Notes: generated by a model not told the origin, from the sequence alone. A DNA stretch of 64,000 bases from Pirellulales bacterium (GCA_040901675.1 JBBDYJ010000040.1:1-64000), one strand, 5' to 3'. Shown: positions 1-9,805, counted from the stretch's first letter. Numbers and translations are program-made.

Positions 1-317
1 TTCCGGAGCGGAGCCTGGAGGCGATCCCCGCCTCGCACCCGATGTTCAGCAGCCAGTTGGGCGGCTTCGACTTGAAGACGGTCTCCCGCCGCGACCCGCA
101 GCGCCGCGGCCCCGACGGCCCGTTGAAGGCGGCCGTGCGGCAGGTCGAGCCGGAGCTGGAAGGGATCAAGGTCGGCGAGCGCTACGCGGTGATCTTCTCT
201 CGTTACGACATCAGTTGCGCCTTGGAGAAGCACGAGTCGATCGAGTGTCCCGGCTACACCCGCGAAGACGCCGCCCGGCTGGGATTGAACGTCGTGCTCT
301 ACTCATTGCACCAGTAA
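1..317 (+). CDS. DUF4159-domain protein, C-terminal part (5' end outside window)
   Basis: Frame is open from the window edge; ...HPMF...LEGIKVGERYAVIFSRYDISCALE...DAARLGLNVVLYSL resembles a DUF4159 C-terminus. Confidence 0.7.
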   Translation, partial: PERSLEAIPASHPMFSSQLGGFDLKTVSRRDPQRRGPDGPLKAAVRQVEPELEGIKVGERYAVIFSRYDISCALEKHESIECPGYTREDAARLGLNVVLYSLHQ

Positions 318-362
318 ATCCTGAAAGTAGCAGAGACACTGCTTGAAGGATGCCGCTTTGCG

Positions 363-524
363 GTCCGCCCAAGGCGGACGAAGCATTGTTTACGTCCACT
401 CCGCGTGCCGTCGACGCCCCGCAGGGGCAATCCCAGATCAGCCCAGGGCAGAGCGCAGCGGCGTAAGCCGCGTAGCGCCGCCCTGGGAACGTCGCCCATC
501 CAGACAAGGCCGCCCTGACAGGGC
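363..524. repeat. REP-like multi-hairpin intergenic element
   Basis: Hairpins gtccgcc-caa-ggcggac (363-379), gccccgcaggggc (416-428), cccagggc...gccctggg (442-487) and gccctgacagggc (512-524). Confidence 0.55.
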
Positions 525-669
525 ACAACAAGTGGTCGCCGTTGGTTCTGCGGCAGGCCGTTGTGCCGGCGGACGGTTTTAATTGGTGATTGGAGCGGGA
601 ACTATTCAATCGGCTCGGTCGTCTATTCCCTTGTCGGGCATCAAGCGTCCCAACCAAGGAGCAGACGAT

Positions 670-1905
670 ATGAGGCGGCTGGTAGCGATCCTATGTCTTG
701 TGACGGCCGGACACTTCATTCCGGCCACTCCCGCCCAGGCGCGAATCAAGCTGATTACGCTGCCGGTGCGCCAACGGGTGGAAATCCAACTCGATAACCC
801 CCATGCCACGCTGGTCGAAGAAGAGCGGATCGTGCCGCTGGTCAAGGGAATCAACCAGGTCGATTTCTCCTGGGCCAACACGCAAATCGATCCCAACACC
901 ATCGTCTTTCGCGTCCTGGGCCGCGGCGACCAGCAGCCTGCCGATGGCCAGCCGGACGACGAAAAGGAGCAAGCCGGGCCGTTCGAAGTGAACGTGCTGT
1001 CGGTGAGTTACCCGCCGAACGAGGCGGCCCTGGTCTGGCAGGTGTCGGCCGGCGATTCGGGCTCGGCCCGCGTGCGGATCAGCTACCTGCTGGGCAACCT
1101 GACCAAGAGCTTCAACTACCGGGCCGTGGCCGCCCAGGATGAGAGCACGCTGACGCTGTCGCAGTACATGCGGCTGCAGAACCTGGCCAACGAGTCGTTC
1201 GGCTCGACCGGCTTGTGGGCCGGGTTTGGCAAGAATTTTTTGAAGCCGATCGGGATCAACGAGACCAAGGAAATGCTGGCCGCCCGGCACCAGAACGTGC
1301 CGATCAAGAAGACCTATACCTGCAACCCGCAGGCGTATGGCTATCTCGACCAGCCGCAGAACAAGCTGCGGGTGCCCATGCACTACGTGCTCAAGAACAA
1401 CAAGGCCAACCAGTTGGGCGAGGCCCCGCTGGAATACGGCAAGGTCCGCATCTTCCAGCAAGACAGCCGCGGCTCCACCGCCTTCATCGGCGAGGACTGG
1501 GGCAAGTTCACGCCGCTCGACGACGAGATGCAGCTCTACCTGGGAGTGGCCCAGGACATCGTCGTCAAGCGGACGATCGAGACGAACGAAGTCCACCGCG
1601 TGGCGGGCAACCTCAGCAATCGCGAGGTGGTGATCAAGTACGAGATCGAGAACTTCAAGGACAAGCCGGTCACGCTCGACGTGGTCGAGAGCCTGCACCA
1701 CATCCGCAACGAGGTCCACGGCGACACGGGCCGCGACGTCGAGTGGCAACTGGGAGGCAAGACGACCTTCCAGGGAGGGGCGGACAAGGAAAAGAGCACC
1801 TACGACCAGGTCGTGTTTCATGCCGACCTGCCGGCCCGGGATGCATCGGGCAAAGCCGCCAAGATCGTGCACAAGCTTCATGTCACGATCAAGAACGAAT
1901 GGTAG
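670..1905 (+). CDS. Secreted DUF4139-domain protein
   Basis: AAGGAG RBS before ATG 670; signal peptide MRRLVAILCLVTAG...AQA; TLVEEER, GKVRIFQ, FIGED and YEIENFK motifs. Confidence 0.75.
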   Translation: MRRLVAILCLVTAGHFIPATPAQARIKLITLPVRQRVEIQLDNPHATLVEEERIVPLVKGINQVDFSWANTQIDPNTIVFRVLGRGDQQPADGQPDDEKEQAGPFEVNVLSVSYPPNEAALVWQVSAGDSGSARVRISYLLGNLTKSFNYRAVAAQDESTLTLSQYMRLQNLANESFGSTGLWAGFGKNFLKPIGINETKEMLAARHQNVPIKKTYTCNPQAYGYLDQPQNKLRVPMHYVLKNNKANQLGEAPLEYGKVRIFQQDSRGSTAFIGEDWGKFTPLDDEMQLYLGVAQDIVVKRTIETNEVHRVAGNLSNREVVIKYEIENFKDKPVTLDVVESLHHIRNEVHGDTGRDVEWQLGGKTTFQGGADKEKSTYDQVVFHADLPARDASGKAAKIVHKLHVTIKNEW

Positions 1906-1919
1906 GCAGGAGATCGACC

Positions 1920-3323
1920 ATGCGACACGCCTTGATTCTTGCGATCGTGCTTTCGACACCCGCTTGGTCCGCCCTGCCGCTGGCGGCTGAAAACGTCGAT
2001 CTGTCGACGGTGCCGGCCAGGGACACCGTACAGTTGACGATCTACAACTCCGAAGACCTCACGCTGGTCCGCGAGACCCGGCAGGTGAGCTTCAAGAAGG
2101 GCCAAAACCCCTTGCAGTTCAGTTGGGCCAACACGCTCATCGACCCCACGTCGGTCGAGCTGCGCTTTGTCTCGCACGCCGACGAGCTCGACGTGCTCGA
2201 CACCACCTTCCCGCACGACAAGCCGCAGATGCTCTACTGGAACGTCCAGAGCGAGCTGGACGGCGAGGCCACGGTCGAGATCACGTATTTCACCAGCGGC
2301 ATCACCTGGTCGGCCGACTACCTGTGCATCGCCAACCGGGAAGAAACCGAGATGGGCTTTGAGGGTTTTGTGCGGGTCTACAACAACTCGGGCGAGGAGT
2401 ACGAGAACGCCCAGGTCCGGCTGGTCGTCGGCACCATCAACCTCGTCGAAAAGATCGCCCAGTTGGCCCAGGTGCCTTTGAACGAAGTGGCCAAAATGGA
2501 CGACGCCGACCGGCAGCAGTTTCGGCTCCGCGCGGCCAGGGCGCCGATGGCCGCCGGGAGTGCCGGTGGCGGAGAGGCCGCAAAAGAGATCATCAAGGAG
2601 GGGCTGAGCGAGTATTTTATTTATACGATCGAGGGGACCGAGACGATTTCCAACGGCTGGTCGAAGCGGATGCGGAGCTTCGAGGGGCAGACCGTGCCGT
2701 TTACGATCCAGTACCGCTACCGGCCCGCCGAATACGGCGACCAGCTCGTGCGGATGTACCTGTTGACCAACAACGAGGAGTCGAAGCTAGGAACAACGCC
2801 GCTGCCCGACGGGGTGGTCCGCGTGTTTCGCGACAATGGCCGCGACGGCTTGAGCTACCTGACGGCCCAGTCGATCAAGTACGTGCCGATCGGCGACAAG
2901 ATCGAGCTGAACCTGGGGCCGGACCGCGAGGTGATCTTCGAGCTGGTCAAGCTGCGTGTCTGGCGCGACAACATCTGGGTCAAGCTGAATGGGCAGGATG
3001 TCTTCCGCCGCGTCGACAACGGCAACTTGGAAATCGACGAGCGCAGCAGCGTGGCCGGCTGGGAGGACCACGTGCTCTATTCGCAGCGGATCCGCAACTA
3101 CACGGCGAAGCCGATCGACGTCGAGATCCGGCGCAGCTTCCCCGGCCACGTCATCTTCCGCTCGCGGCTCGAACCGGTGCTGTTCGACTACCAGACGGTG
3201 CAGTACAGCGCCAGGGTGCCGGCCGGCCAGACGGCGGACCTGATGCAGGAAGTGGTCCAGCGGCAGGGCCGCAACGCCAGGCAGAACAACGTCACGCTCG
3301 AAGAGGCCCGGGTCGATCAATGA
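1920..3323 (+). CDS. Secreted DUF4139-domain protein, copy A
   Basis: AGGAG RBS before ATG 1920; signal peptide; VQLTIYNSEDLTLVRETR, ITWSADY and LGTTPLPDGVVRVF motifs. Confidence 0.8.
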   Translation: MRHALILAIVLSTPAWSALPLAAENVDLSTVPARDTVQLTIYNSEDLTLVRETRQVSFKKGQNPLQFSWANTLIDPTSVELRFVSHADELDVLDTTFPHDKPQMLYWNVQSELDGEATVEITYFTSGITWSADYLCIANREETEMGFEGFVRVYNNSGEEYENAQVRLVVGTINLVEKIAQLAQVPLNEVAKMDDADRQQFRLRAARAPMAAGSAGGGEAAKEIIKEGLSEYFIYTIEGTETISNGWSKRMRSFEGQTVPFTIQYRYRPAEYGDQLVRMYLLTNNEESKLGTTPLPDGVVRVFRDNGRDGLSYLTAQSIKYVPIGDKIELNLGPDREVIFELVKLRVWRDNIWVKLNGQDVFRRVDNGNLEIDERSSVAGWEDHVLYSQRIRNYTAKPIDVEIRRSFPGHVIFRSRLEPVLFDYQTVQYSARVPAGQTADLMQEVVQRQGRNARQNNVTLEEARVDQ

Positions 3324-4738
3324 AGACCGCGAAGTTCTGCAAGTCTTGGACGCGTATTCTCGTGGCTGCGCTGGCCCTGGGTGCGGTGCCGCTGGCGGCT
3401 GAAAACGTCGATCTTTCGACGGTGCCGGCCAGGGACACGGTGCAGTTGACGATCTACAACTCGGAAGACCTGACGCTGGTCCGCGAGACCCGGCAGGTGA
3501 GCTTCAAGAAGGGCCAAAACCCCTTGCAGTTCAGTTGGGCCAACACGCTCATCGACCCCACGTCGGTCGAGCTGCGCTTTGTCTCGCACGCCGACGAGCT
3601 CGACGTGCTCGACACCACCTTCCCGCACGACAAGCCGCAGATGCTCTACTGGAACGTCCAGAGCGAGCTGGACGGCGAGGCCACGGTCGAGATCACGTAT
3701 TTCACCAGCGGCATCACCTGGTCGGCCGACTACCTGTGCATTGCCAACCGGGAAGAAACCGAGATGGGCTTTGAGGGTTTTGTGCGTGTCTACAACAACT
3801 CGGGCGAGGAGTACGAGAACGCGCAGGTCCGGCTGGTCGTCGGCACCATCAACCTCGTCGAAAAGATCGCCCAATTGGCGCAGATACCGCCCCAGGAAGT
3901 CCAGGCCTTGGCCGAAGACCGGTTCCGGCAGCTTCGTCGAGACAGTGCCCTGCACTTCTTCGGCCGTGAATCGCGCGACGAAGTGGCCGCGGACGCCAAG
4001 AAGGAAAAAGAGATCATCAAGGAGGGGCTGAGCGAGTATTTTATCTACACGATCGAGGGGACCGAGACGATCGCCAACGGCTGGTCGAAGCGGATGCGGA
4101 GCTTCGAGGGGCAGACCGTGCCGTTTACGATCCAGTACCGCTACCGGCCCGCCGAATACGGCGACCAGCTCGTGCGGATGTACCTGTTGACCAACAACGA
4201 GGAGTCGAAGCTAGGAACAACGCCGCTGCCCGACGGGGTGGTCCGCGTGTTTCGCGACAATGGCCGCGACGGCTTGAGCTACCTGACGGCCCAGTCGATC
4301 AAGTACGTGCCGATCGGCGACAAGATCGAGCTGAACCTGGGGCCGGACCGCGAGGTGATCTTCGAGCTGGTCAAGCTGCGTGTCTGGCGCGACAACATCT
4401 GGGTCAAGCTGAATGGGCAGGATGTCTTCCGCCGCGTCGACAACGGCAACTTGGAAATCGACGAGCGCAGCAGCGTGGCCGGCTGGGAGGACCACGTGCT
4501 CTATTCGCAGCGGATCCGCAACTACACGGCGAAGCCGATCGACGTCGAGATCCGGCGCAGCTTCCCCGGCCACGTCATCTTCCGCTCGCGGCTCGAACCG
4601 GTGCTGTTCGACTACCAGACGGTGCAGTACAGCGCCAGGGTGCCGGCCGGCCAGACGGCGGACCTGATGCAGGAAGTGGTCCAGCGGCAGGGCCGCAACG
4701 CCCGGCAGAACAACGTCACCCTGGACGAATCGCGCTGA
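3320..4738 (+). CDS. Secreted DUF4139-domain protein, copy B
   Basis: ATGA overlap with copy A; mature protein nearly identical to copy A except for the central segment. Confidence 0.8.
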   Translation: MKTAKFCKSWTRILVAALALGAVPLAAENVDLSTVPARDTVQLTIYNSEDLTLVRETRQVSFKKGQNPLQFSWANTLIDPTSVELRFVSHADELDVLDTTFPHDKPQMLYWNVQSELDGEATVEITYFTSGITWSADYLCIANREETEMGFEGFVRVYNNSGEEYENAQVRLVVGTINLVEKIAQLAQIPPQEVQALAEDRFRQLRRDSALHFFGRESRDEVAADAKKEKEIIKEGLSEYFIYTIEGTETIANGWSKRMRSFEGQTVPFTIQYRYRPAEYGDQLVRMYLLTNNEESKLGTTPLPDGVVRVFRDNGRDGLSYLTAQSIKYVPIGDKIELNLGPDREVIFELVKLRVWRDNIWVKLNGQDVFRRVDNGNLEIDERSSVAGWEDHVLYSQRIRNYTAKPIDVEIRRSFPGHVIFRSRLEPVLFDYQTVQYSARVPAGQTADLMQEVVQRQGRNARQNNVTLDESR

Positions 4739-4959
4739 TCGACGGCTCGGTCGTCCCCGGGCGGCCACGCGTGCAGTGGCTTCGCTAAGCTTTTTGCCCC
4801 GCCCGACCAGCGTGGCGGACCGCAAGAACGTCAAGATGGCGCCCTTCGGCCACTTCCCGCTACGCCCGTCTTCCGCACGTGCCCGTCAGTCCGATTATGG
4901 CGGTCGCATCGCCCAGCATCTCGTGAGCGAGCCAGCGAGCAACCGGGGACGATCTGGAC

Positions 4960-4984
4960 GAATGATAGCAATATGCTATCATTC
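4960..4984. promoter_or_regulatory. Inverted-repeat operator of the TA operon
   Basis: gaatgatagca-ata-tgctatcattc, a perfect 11-bp inverted repeat 28 nt upstream of the antitoxin ATG. Confidence 0.7.
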
Positions 4985-5012
4985 CACGTATAGTCAATCT
5001 AGGAGGCAACCC

Positions 5013-5243
5013 ATGGCGCAAATCTTGGTTCGCGGATTGGAAGATGAGATCGTCGATCGACTGAAAGACCGCGCGGCCTCGCGTGGCCGATCCCTCGAGA
5101 GCGAGGCTCGCTCAATTCTTGAGTCGGCCGCCGGCTTCACCGCGAAGCAAGCCCGCCGGATCGTCGACGACTGGCAACGGCGATTGGCAGGCCGCAAGTT
5201 TTCCGACAGTGTCGAACTGCTCCGCGAGGACCGAAGTCGATGA
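5013..5243 (+). CDS. FitA-like ribbon-helix-helix antitoxin
   Basis: AGGAGG RBS; MAQILVRGLEDEIVDRLKDRAASRGRSLESEARSIL is a typical FitA/StbC RHH; overlaps the PIN gene. Confidence 0.85.
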   Translation: MAQILVRGLEDEIVDRLKDRAASRGRSLESEARSILESAAGFTAKQARRIVDDWQRRLAGRKFSDSVELLREDRSR

Positions 5244-5662
5244 CGATGCTTGTGGTCGACGCGAGCGTCGCCGCGAAGTGGTTTTTTCCGGAAGAGCACT
5301 CCTCCGAATCGCGGCGTCTGCTTTCCCCGCGGCGCACGTTGCTGGCGCCCGACCTGATTTGGAGCGAGTTCGGAGATATCGCCTGGAAACGAGTGCGCCG
5401 CGGCGAAATAAAGAGGGAGGAGGCAGCTCAAATCGTCGCCGATCTGATACGGTTGCCGCTGGACGTTGTCCCGACGCTGGGGCTGCTCGCGCCCGCTCTT
5501 GAACTGGCAATCGCCACGGACCGTACCGTTTATGATTGCATGTACTTGGCGATGGCGATCGATCGCAAGTGCCGCCTCGTGACGGCCGACGAGCGGTTCG
5601 TCAACGCACTTGCTTCGACGCCGTTTGCCAAGCATATACGGCATGTCGCAAGGCTTCGTTGA
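5240..5662 (+). CDS. vapC: PIN-domain VapC/FitB-type toxin
   Basis: LVVDASVAAKW, APDLIWSE, TVYDCMYLAMA and LVTAD PIN motifs. Confidence 0.88.
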   Translation: MTMLVVDASVAAKWFFPEEHSSESRRLLSPRRTLLAPDLIWSEFGDIAWKRVRRGEIKREEAAQIVADLIRLPLDVVPTLGLLAPALELAIATDRTVYDCMYLAMAIDRKCRLVTADERFVNALASTPFAKHIRHVARLR

Positions 5663-5898
5663 CCGATGAAAAGTGGTCCATGGGCGCGTGGTCAAGGAAA
5701 TCCTCGCTTGACGGCCTCCCAACCGCTGGATTCCCACGTGCCGGGTCGCGGCCTGGCCGACTGCACCTATTACCGGCGCGTGCACTAAGGTACAATCCGC
5801 GCGGCGGCCGGACCAGCGGGGCCAAGCCGGCCAACAGGCCCGCCCGTTGCGTTTTGCCACTGGGTCTTTTCAACAGGCTTTTTGAAGGCCGCGATTCC

Positions 5899-8118
5899 AT
5901 GCGAACAATTTTTTCACTTCGGCTGGCTTTGCTCATGGCTCTATTGATTGGCGGTGCGGCGGATCGTGTCAGTGCCGACGAGGGCATGTGGCTGTTCAAC
6001 AACCCGCCGCGGAAGCAGCTCAAGGAGCGGTACGGGTTCGAGATCACCGATGAGTGGCTCGAGCATTTGCAGAAGGCGTCGGTGCGGTTCAACAGCGGCG
6101 GCTCCGGCTCGTTCGTCTCGGCCTCCGGGCTGGTGATGACCAACCATCACGTCGGCGCCGATGCGTTTCAGAAAATGAGCACGCCCGACAAGGACTATCT
6201 GAACACGGGCTTCTATGCCCGCACGCCGGAAGAGGAGGAAAAGTGCGTCGACCTGGAGATCAACGTGCTCTTGAGCATCGAGGATGTGACCGACCGGGTC
6301 AACAAGGCCGTGGCGGCCGACCTCGATCCGGCCGCCGCCGGCGCCGCGCGGCGGGCGGCCATGATCACCATCGAGAAAGAATCGTTCGATGCGACCGGCC
6401 TGCGCAGCGACGTGGTCACGCTCTACCAAGGAGGGATGTACCACCTCTATCGGTTCAAGAAATACACGGACATCCGGCTGGTGTTCGCCCCGGAAAAGGA
6501 CATCGCCTTCTTCGGCGGCGATCCGGATAACTTCGAGTATCCCCGTTACGACTTGGACGTCTGCTTCTTCCGCGCCTACGAGGACGGCAAGCCGGCCCGG
6601 GTCGAGCACTATCTGAATTGGAGCGCCGCGGGCGCCGGCGACGGCGAGCTGGTCTTTGTGTCGGGGCATCCGGGCCGCACGAACCGGCTGAACACGGTGG
6701 AGCACCTGGAATTCATCCGCGACCGCGTGCTGCCGCTGACGCTCAACCTGATCCGCCGCCGCGAGGTGCTGCTGCGGACCTACAGCGAGCGCAGCCGGGA
6801 GAACGCGCGGCGGGCCCAGGATGAGCTGTTCGGCTACCAGAACAGCCGCAAGGCGCGCCTGGGCGGGCTGGCTGGACTGCAGGACCCGGCGATCATCAAC
6901 AGGAAGCGTGACAACGAGCAGAATCTGCGCAAGGCGGTCAACGACGACAGCAAGCTGCGCGGACCGTATGGCGACGCCTGGGACCAGATCGCCCAATCGC
7001 TGGAAGTGTGGGACGAGATCTACAACGCGCACTACCTGCTGGAGCGGGGCACGGCCTTCAACAGCGAGCTGTTCCACATCGCCCGCACGATCGTGCGGCT
7101 GGTCGAGGAGACGGAGAAGCCGAACCCTGAGCGGCTGCGGGAGTACGGCGAGGCAGGCCTGGACTCTCTCAAGCAGCAGCTTTTTTCCGAGGCGCCGATC
7201 TATCCCGACCTGGAAACGGTCAAGCTGGCCGACTCCCTCGGAATGCTGCTGGAGATGACCGGCCGCCGCGCCGGCGGTGTCACGGGCAGCGACCTTGGCA
7301 GCGGGGTCGACGACCAACTCGTGCGGGCGGTGCTGGCCGAGAAGTCGCCCGCCGAACGCGCGGCCGAGCTGGTCGAAGGCAGCCGGCTGGCCGACGTGGC
7401 AGTGCGGAAGGAACTGGTCGAAGGGGGCAGCTCGGCCCTGGCGGCCTCGGACGACCCGATGATCCTGCTCGCGAAATTGGTGGATGGTCCGGCGCGCCGC
7501 GTGCGCAAGACGTACGAAGAGCACGTCGACGAGCCGCAGCAGCAGGGCTACGGCAAGATCGCCAAGGCGCAGTTCGCGCTCTACGGCAGCGACATTTATC
7601 CGGATGCCACGTTCACGCTGCGGCTGGCCTTCGGCCAGGTGAAGGGGTACCGCGAGCGGGGAGTGCAAATTCCGCCCTGGACCACGATTGGGGGCGCCTA
7701 TGAGCATGCCAAGGCGCACGGCAACGTGCCCCCTTTCCAGCTTCCGCCTAGTTGGATCGAGCACAAAAAAGACCTGGACCTCGACACGCCGTTCAACTTT
7801 GTCTCCACGCCCGACATCATCGGCGGCAACTCGGGCAGCCCGGTGGTCAACCGCCAGGGCGAGGTGGTCGGCATCATCTTCGACGGCAACATCCACTCGC
7901 TCGTGCTCGATTTCGTCTATACCTCGGAGCAGGCGCGGGCCGTTTCGGTCCACTCCAGCTCCATCGTCGAGGCCCTCGAGAAGGTGTACCAGGCCGACCG
8001 TGTCTTGAACGAGCTGGGCCGAGGCAAGCCAGCACGCACTGAAGCCGCCGGCGGCCGGCCTGCACGCAACGAACCAAGACGCGCTGAACCAAGGCGTGGC
8101 CGGCGAGCGACAAAGTAG
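5899..8118 (+). CDS. S46 family dipeptidyl peptidase (DPP7/DPP11-like)
   Basis: Signal peptide followed by DEGMWLF; TNHHVG, FGGDPDNFEYPRY, YPDATFTLRL and DIIGGNSGSPV. Confidence 0.92.
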   Translation: MRTIFSLRLALLMALLIGGAADRVSADEGMWLFNNPPRKQLKERYGFEITDEWLEHLQKASVRFNSGGSGSFVSASGLVMTNHHVGADAFQKMSTPDKDYLNTGFYARTPEEEEKCVDLEINVLLSIEDVTDRVNKAVAADLDPAAAGAARRAAMITIEKESFDATGLRSDVVTLYQGGMYHLYRFKKYTDIRLVFAPEKDIAFFGGDPDNFEYPRYDLDVCFFRAYEDGKPARVEHYLNWSAAGAGDGELVFVSGHPGRTNRLNTVEHLEFIRDRVLPLTLNLIRRREVLLRTYSERSRENARRAQDELFGYQNSRKARLGGLAGLQDPAIINRKRDNEQNLRKAVNDDSKLRGPYGDAWDQIAQSLEVWDEIYNAHYLLERGTAFNSELFHIARTIVRLVEETEKPNPERLREYGEAGLDSLKQQLFSEAPIYPDLETVKLADSLGMLLEMTGRRAGGVTGSDLGSGVDDQLVRAVLAEKSPAERAAELVEGSRLADVAVRKELVEGGSSALAASDDPMILLAKLVDGPARRVRKTYEEHVDEPQQQGYGKIAKAQFALYGSDIYPDATFTLRLAFGQVKGYRERGVQIPPWTTIGGAYEHAKAHGNVPPFQLPPSWIEHKKDLDLDTPFNFVSTPDIIGGNSGSPVVNRQGEVVGIIFDGNIHSLVLDFVYTSEQARAVSVHSSSIVEALEKVYQADRVLNELGRGKPARTEAAGGRPARNEPRRAEPRRGRRATK

Positions 8119-8140
8119 AGATCCCTGGGCCCTTGAGAGC

Positions 8141-8875
8141 ATGCCTGATCAACCGCTGCGCCTGGCGATGTGGTCGGGGCCCCGCAACATCTCCACGGCC
8201 CTGATGCGCTCCTGGGGCAGCCGCCGCGACACGTTTGTCTGCGACGAGCCGCTCTACGCGCATTATCTGGCGGAGACGGGCCTGGCGCACCCGGGCGCCG
8301 AGGAGGTCATCACCCACCACGAAACGGATTGGCGGCGGGTGGTCGAGTGGCTGACGGGCCCTGTCCCCGAGGGCCGCCGCATTTTTTACCAGAAGCAGAT
8401 GAGCCACCACCTGCTGCCGCACGTGGGCCGCGACTGGCTGGCCGGGTTGACGCACGCCTTCCTGATCCGTCGACCGCGGCAGATGCTGGCGTCGCTGGCC
8501 AAGTTCCTGCCCCGGCCGACGCTAGCCGACACCGGTCTTCCACAACAGGTCGAGTTGTTCAAGTGGGTCGAGCGCCGCACGGGCCGGCCGGCGGCAGTGG
8601 TCGATTCGCGCGACATCCTGGAGAACCCGCGGCAGGTGCTGTCGCGGTTGTGCGACTCGGCAGGCGTTCCGTTCGACGAAGCCATGCTCTCCTGGCAGCC
8701 CGGACCGCGCGAGACCGACGGCATCTGGGCCAAGCACTGGTACGCCGAGGTGGTGAACACCACCACGTTCAGGCCGTACCGGGGGGGCGAACCTGCGCTG
8801 GACGATCATCTGGCAGGGCTGCTCGAACAGTGCCAGCCGCTGTACGATGCGCTCTACCGCCACCGTATTGTCTGA
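8141..8875 (+). CDS. Sulfotransferase-like P-loop protein (type found N-terminal in BCAT-like proteins)
   Basis: MWSGPRNISTALMRSW, DEPLYAHYL, YQKQMSHHL and DGIWAKHWY. Confidence 0.8.
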   Translation: MPDQPLRLAMWSGPRNISTALMRSWGSRRDTFVCDEPLYAHYLAETGLAHPGAEEVITHHETDWRRVVEWLTGPVPEGRRIFYQKQMSHHLLPHVGRDWLAGLTHAFLIRRPRQMLASLAKFLPRPTLADTGLPQQVELFKWVERRTGRPAAVVDSRDILENPRQVLSRLCDSAGVPFDEAMLSWQPGPRETDGIWAKHWYAEVVNTTTFRPYRGGEPALDDHLAGLLEQCQPLYDALYRHRIV

Positions 8876-8908
8876 AAACACCCCATTGTCTGAACACCTT
8901 GTGCCCTT

Positions 8909-9805
8909 ATGCTGCAAACGTTCAACGAAAAGAACCGCGACCTGCTGGTCAACATCAACGGCCGCCTGGTCCACCGCGACCAGGCCGGCGTGAGCCCCTT
9001 CGACTCCAGCGTGCAGGGGGGCGACGCGGTCTGGGAAGGATTGCGGCTCTACCAGCGGCGGATCTTCAAGCTCGTCGAGCACCTCGACCGCCTGCGCGGC
9101 TCGGCCCTGGCCCTGGCCTTTGACGAGATCCCGCGGCGGGAAGCGATCATCGAGCAAATCCGCCGCACGCTGGCGGCCAACCAGATGACCGACGGCGTTC
9201 ATATCCGTCTCACGCTGACCCGCGGCGTCAAGTACACCAGCGGCATGGACCCGCGGCTGAACCAGCAGGGGCCGACGCTGATCGTGCTGGCCGAGCACAA
9301 GCCGCCCGTTTACGACCGATCGGGGATTACGCTGATCACGTCGGCCATTCGCCGCCCGCCGCCGGAGTGTCTCGATCCCAAGATCCATCACTGCAACTTG
9401 ATCAACTCGATCCTGGCCAAGATCCAGGCCAACCAGGCCGGCGCCGACGACGCATTGATGCTCGATCCGCGGGGTTTTGTGGCCGAGACCAACGCCACGC
9501 ACGTGTTCATCGTCGACAAGGGGCACCTGCTCACGCCTCACACGCACGCCTGTCCGGAGGGGATCACGCGTCAGGCGGTGCTCGATCTCTGCCGCCACCA
9601 CGGCCAGCCGCACGCGGTGCGCGACATCTCGCTCACGGAGGTTTACCGGGCCGACGAGGCCTTTTGCACCGGCACCATGGGCGAGATCGTGCCGATCGTG
9701 AAGGTTGACGGCCGTTCAATCGGCGGTCCCGCTCCCGGCCCGATCACCGTCCAAATTCAAGCCTGGTTTGCCGACCTGGTCCGGACGGAAGGAGTTGAGG
9801 TGTAG
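8909..9805 (+). CDS. Class IV PLP-dependent aminotransferase
   Basis: GDAVWEGLR, HLDRL, KIHHCNL, ETNATHVF, EGITR and ADEAFCTGTMGEI. Confidence 0.9.
   Translation: MLQTFNEKNRDLLVNINGRLVHRDQAGVSPFDSSVQGGDAVWEGLRLYQRRIFKLVEHLDRLRGSALALAFDEIPRREAIIEQIRRTLAANQMTDGVHIRLTLTRGVKYTSGMDPRLNQQGPTLIVLAEHKPPVYDRSGITLITSAIRRPPPECLDPKIHHCNLINSILAKIQANQAGADDALMLDPRGFVAETNATHVFIVDKGHLLTPHTHACPEGITRQAVLDLCRHHGQPHAVRDISLTEVYRADEAFCTGTMGEIVPIVKVDGRSIGGPAPGPITVQIQAWFADLVRTEGVEV

Noticed and set aside
1215..1919. N-terminal extension of the 702-aa ORF
   Set aside because: It overlaps the upstream gene out of frame; the RBS and signal peptide place the start at 1920.
8867..8898. 18-nt tandem duplication at the sulfotransferase-like stop; also agtatacata x2 near 28798
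   Set aside because: Real but short; likely slippage with no supportable function.
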